Positions 24,809 through 25,301 of a stretch of DNA of 25,301 nucleotides are shown here, in pieces. Both the position numbers and the translations under genes were made by a program. The stretch spans positions 1-25,301 of IMG/VR virus record IMGVR_UViG_3300042481_000276; one strand, given 5' to 3'. The stretch's first letter is position 1. Each line of letters starts with the position of its first letter. The notes under the pieces were generated by a model, which made no database searches, was not told where the DNA came from, and worked only from the letters and a program-made list of their open reading frames with translations. Source of the stretch: a virus (taxonomy: Duplodnaviria; Caudoviricetes).

Positions 24809-25033
24809 TTAGTTGGCATCGCCATTCCCTTTCAGTTCTCGCTCGTTCTTGCATTTGGTTGGGTCCCACTTCGGCTTGGGGTCTGGATCGGACAGGAAAA
24901 CGGACGAGACTTTGGTGATGATGTCGGGGTCGTCCGTGTCCACTTGGTAGGTCACAATGTGGTTCTCCTGCCTTGCGCCGTGCAGGATCATGTTCCGAAG
25001 TGCGTGAAATGCAACCATAAATCGTGCCATCAC
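24809..25033 (-). CDS. hypothetical protein
   Basis: 74 aa, coupled to the upstream gene's stop. Confidence 0.55.
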   Translation of the reverse strand: MMARFMVAFHALRNMILHGARQENHIVTYQVDTDDPDIITKVSSVFLSDPDPKPKWDPTKCKNERELKGNGDAN

Positions 25034-25284
25034 ACACCACCTGCCACGCGTGACATCATGAACTCGTGATACTTGGCAATCGCGAACGCCGATCTTTTGT
25101 CCGTTGCTCCCCTCAGCAGGTAGAGTGGATCACCCTTTTTACCGGACGGCCCGTAGATTGACTCTAAGCCAGCCCTCAGTGTCGCGTCAGTGAGTTTACC
25201 ACCGGCGGTGATCCATTGACCGTAATCACGCCGAGTGTAGACGGTGAGCGGTATTTGCTCGTACTCGGCTGTAACTTTCACCAT
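25030..25284 (-). CDS. hypothetical protein (may extend beyond the window)
   Basis: 84-aa ORF at the window edge. Confidence 0.55.
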   Translation of the reverse strand: MVKVTAEYEQIPLTVYTRRDYGQWITAGGKLTDATLRAGLESIYGPSGKKGDPLYLLRGATDKRSAFAIAKYHEFMMSRVAGGV

Positions 25285-25301
25285 GCCGATAAACTGGCTG
25301 G

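Noticed and set aside
24672-25040. 122-aa minus-strand ORF
   Set aside because: It overlaps the better-coupled 24809-25033 ORF in another frame and has no recognisable features.
1-25301. CRISPR array, diversity-generating retroelement, integrase, transposase
   Set aside because: By eye I found no repeat-spacer array, reverse transcriptase, TR/VR pair or recombinase motifs.

Overview
This window is about 25 kb of a tailed (siphovirus-like, HK97-fold) phage or prophage. The host is probably Gram-negative, possibly Planctomycetota/PVC; this is inferred only from a PEP-CTERM protein and general gene style. Nearly all of it is one minus-strand late operon. The order is: Zn-finger/HTH protein, ParB-N protein, Mu Mom-like DNA adenine modifier, TerS, TerL, portal, a ~7.7 kb fibre/membrane/secreted-enzyme block, MuF head protein with an intein, prohead protease, major capsid, head-tail joining genes, tail tube, frameshifting tail chaperones, a short tape measure and Cys-rich tail-tip proteins. 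It converges on a small plus-strand regulatory cassette. Two hidden nested systems stand out. (1) A 73-nt tRNA-Gly(UCC)-like cloverleaf lies inside the 3' end of the mom-like gene; it keeps the glycine identity elements but has lost translation-specific ones, so it is a candidate private glycyl donor for DNA hypermodification. (2) A contiguous 280-aa intein in MuF carries a complete HTH plus Vsr/DUF559-like endonuclease gene on its opposite strand, with a near-consensus sigma70 promoter and RBS written into the intein C-terminal splice-motif codons. All protein calls come from motif recognition by eye; no database searches were run.
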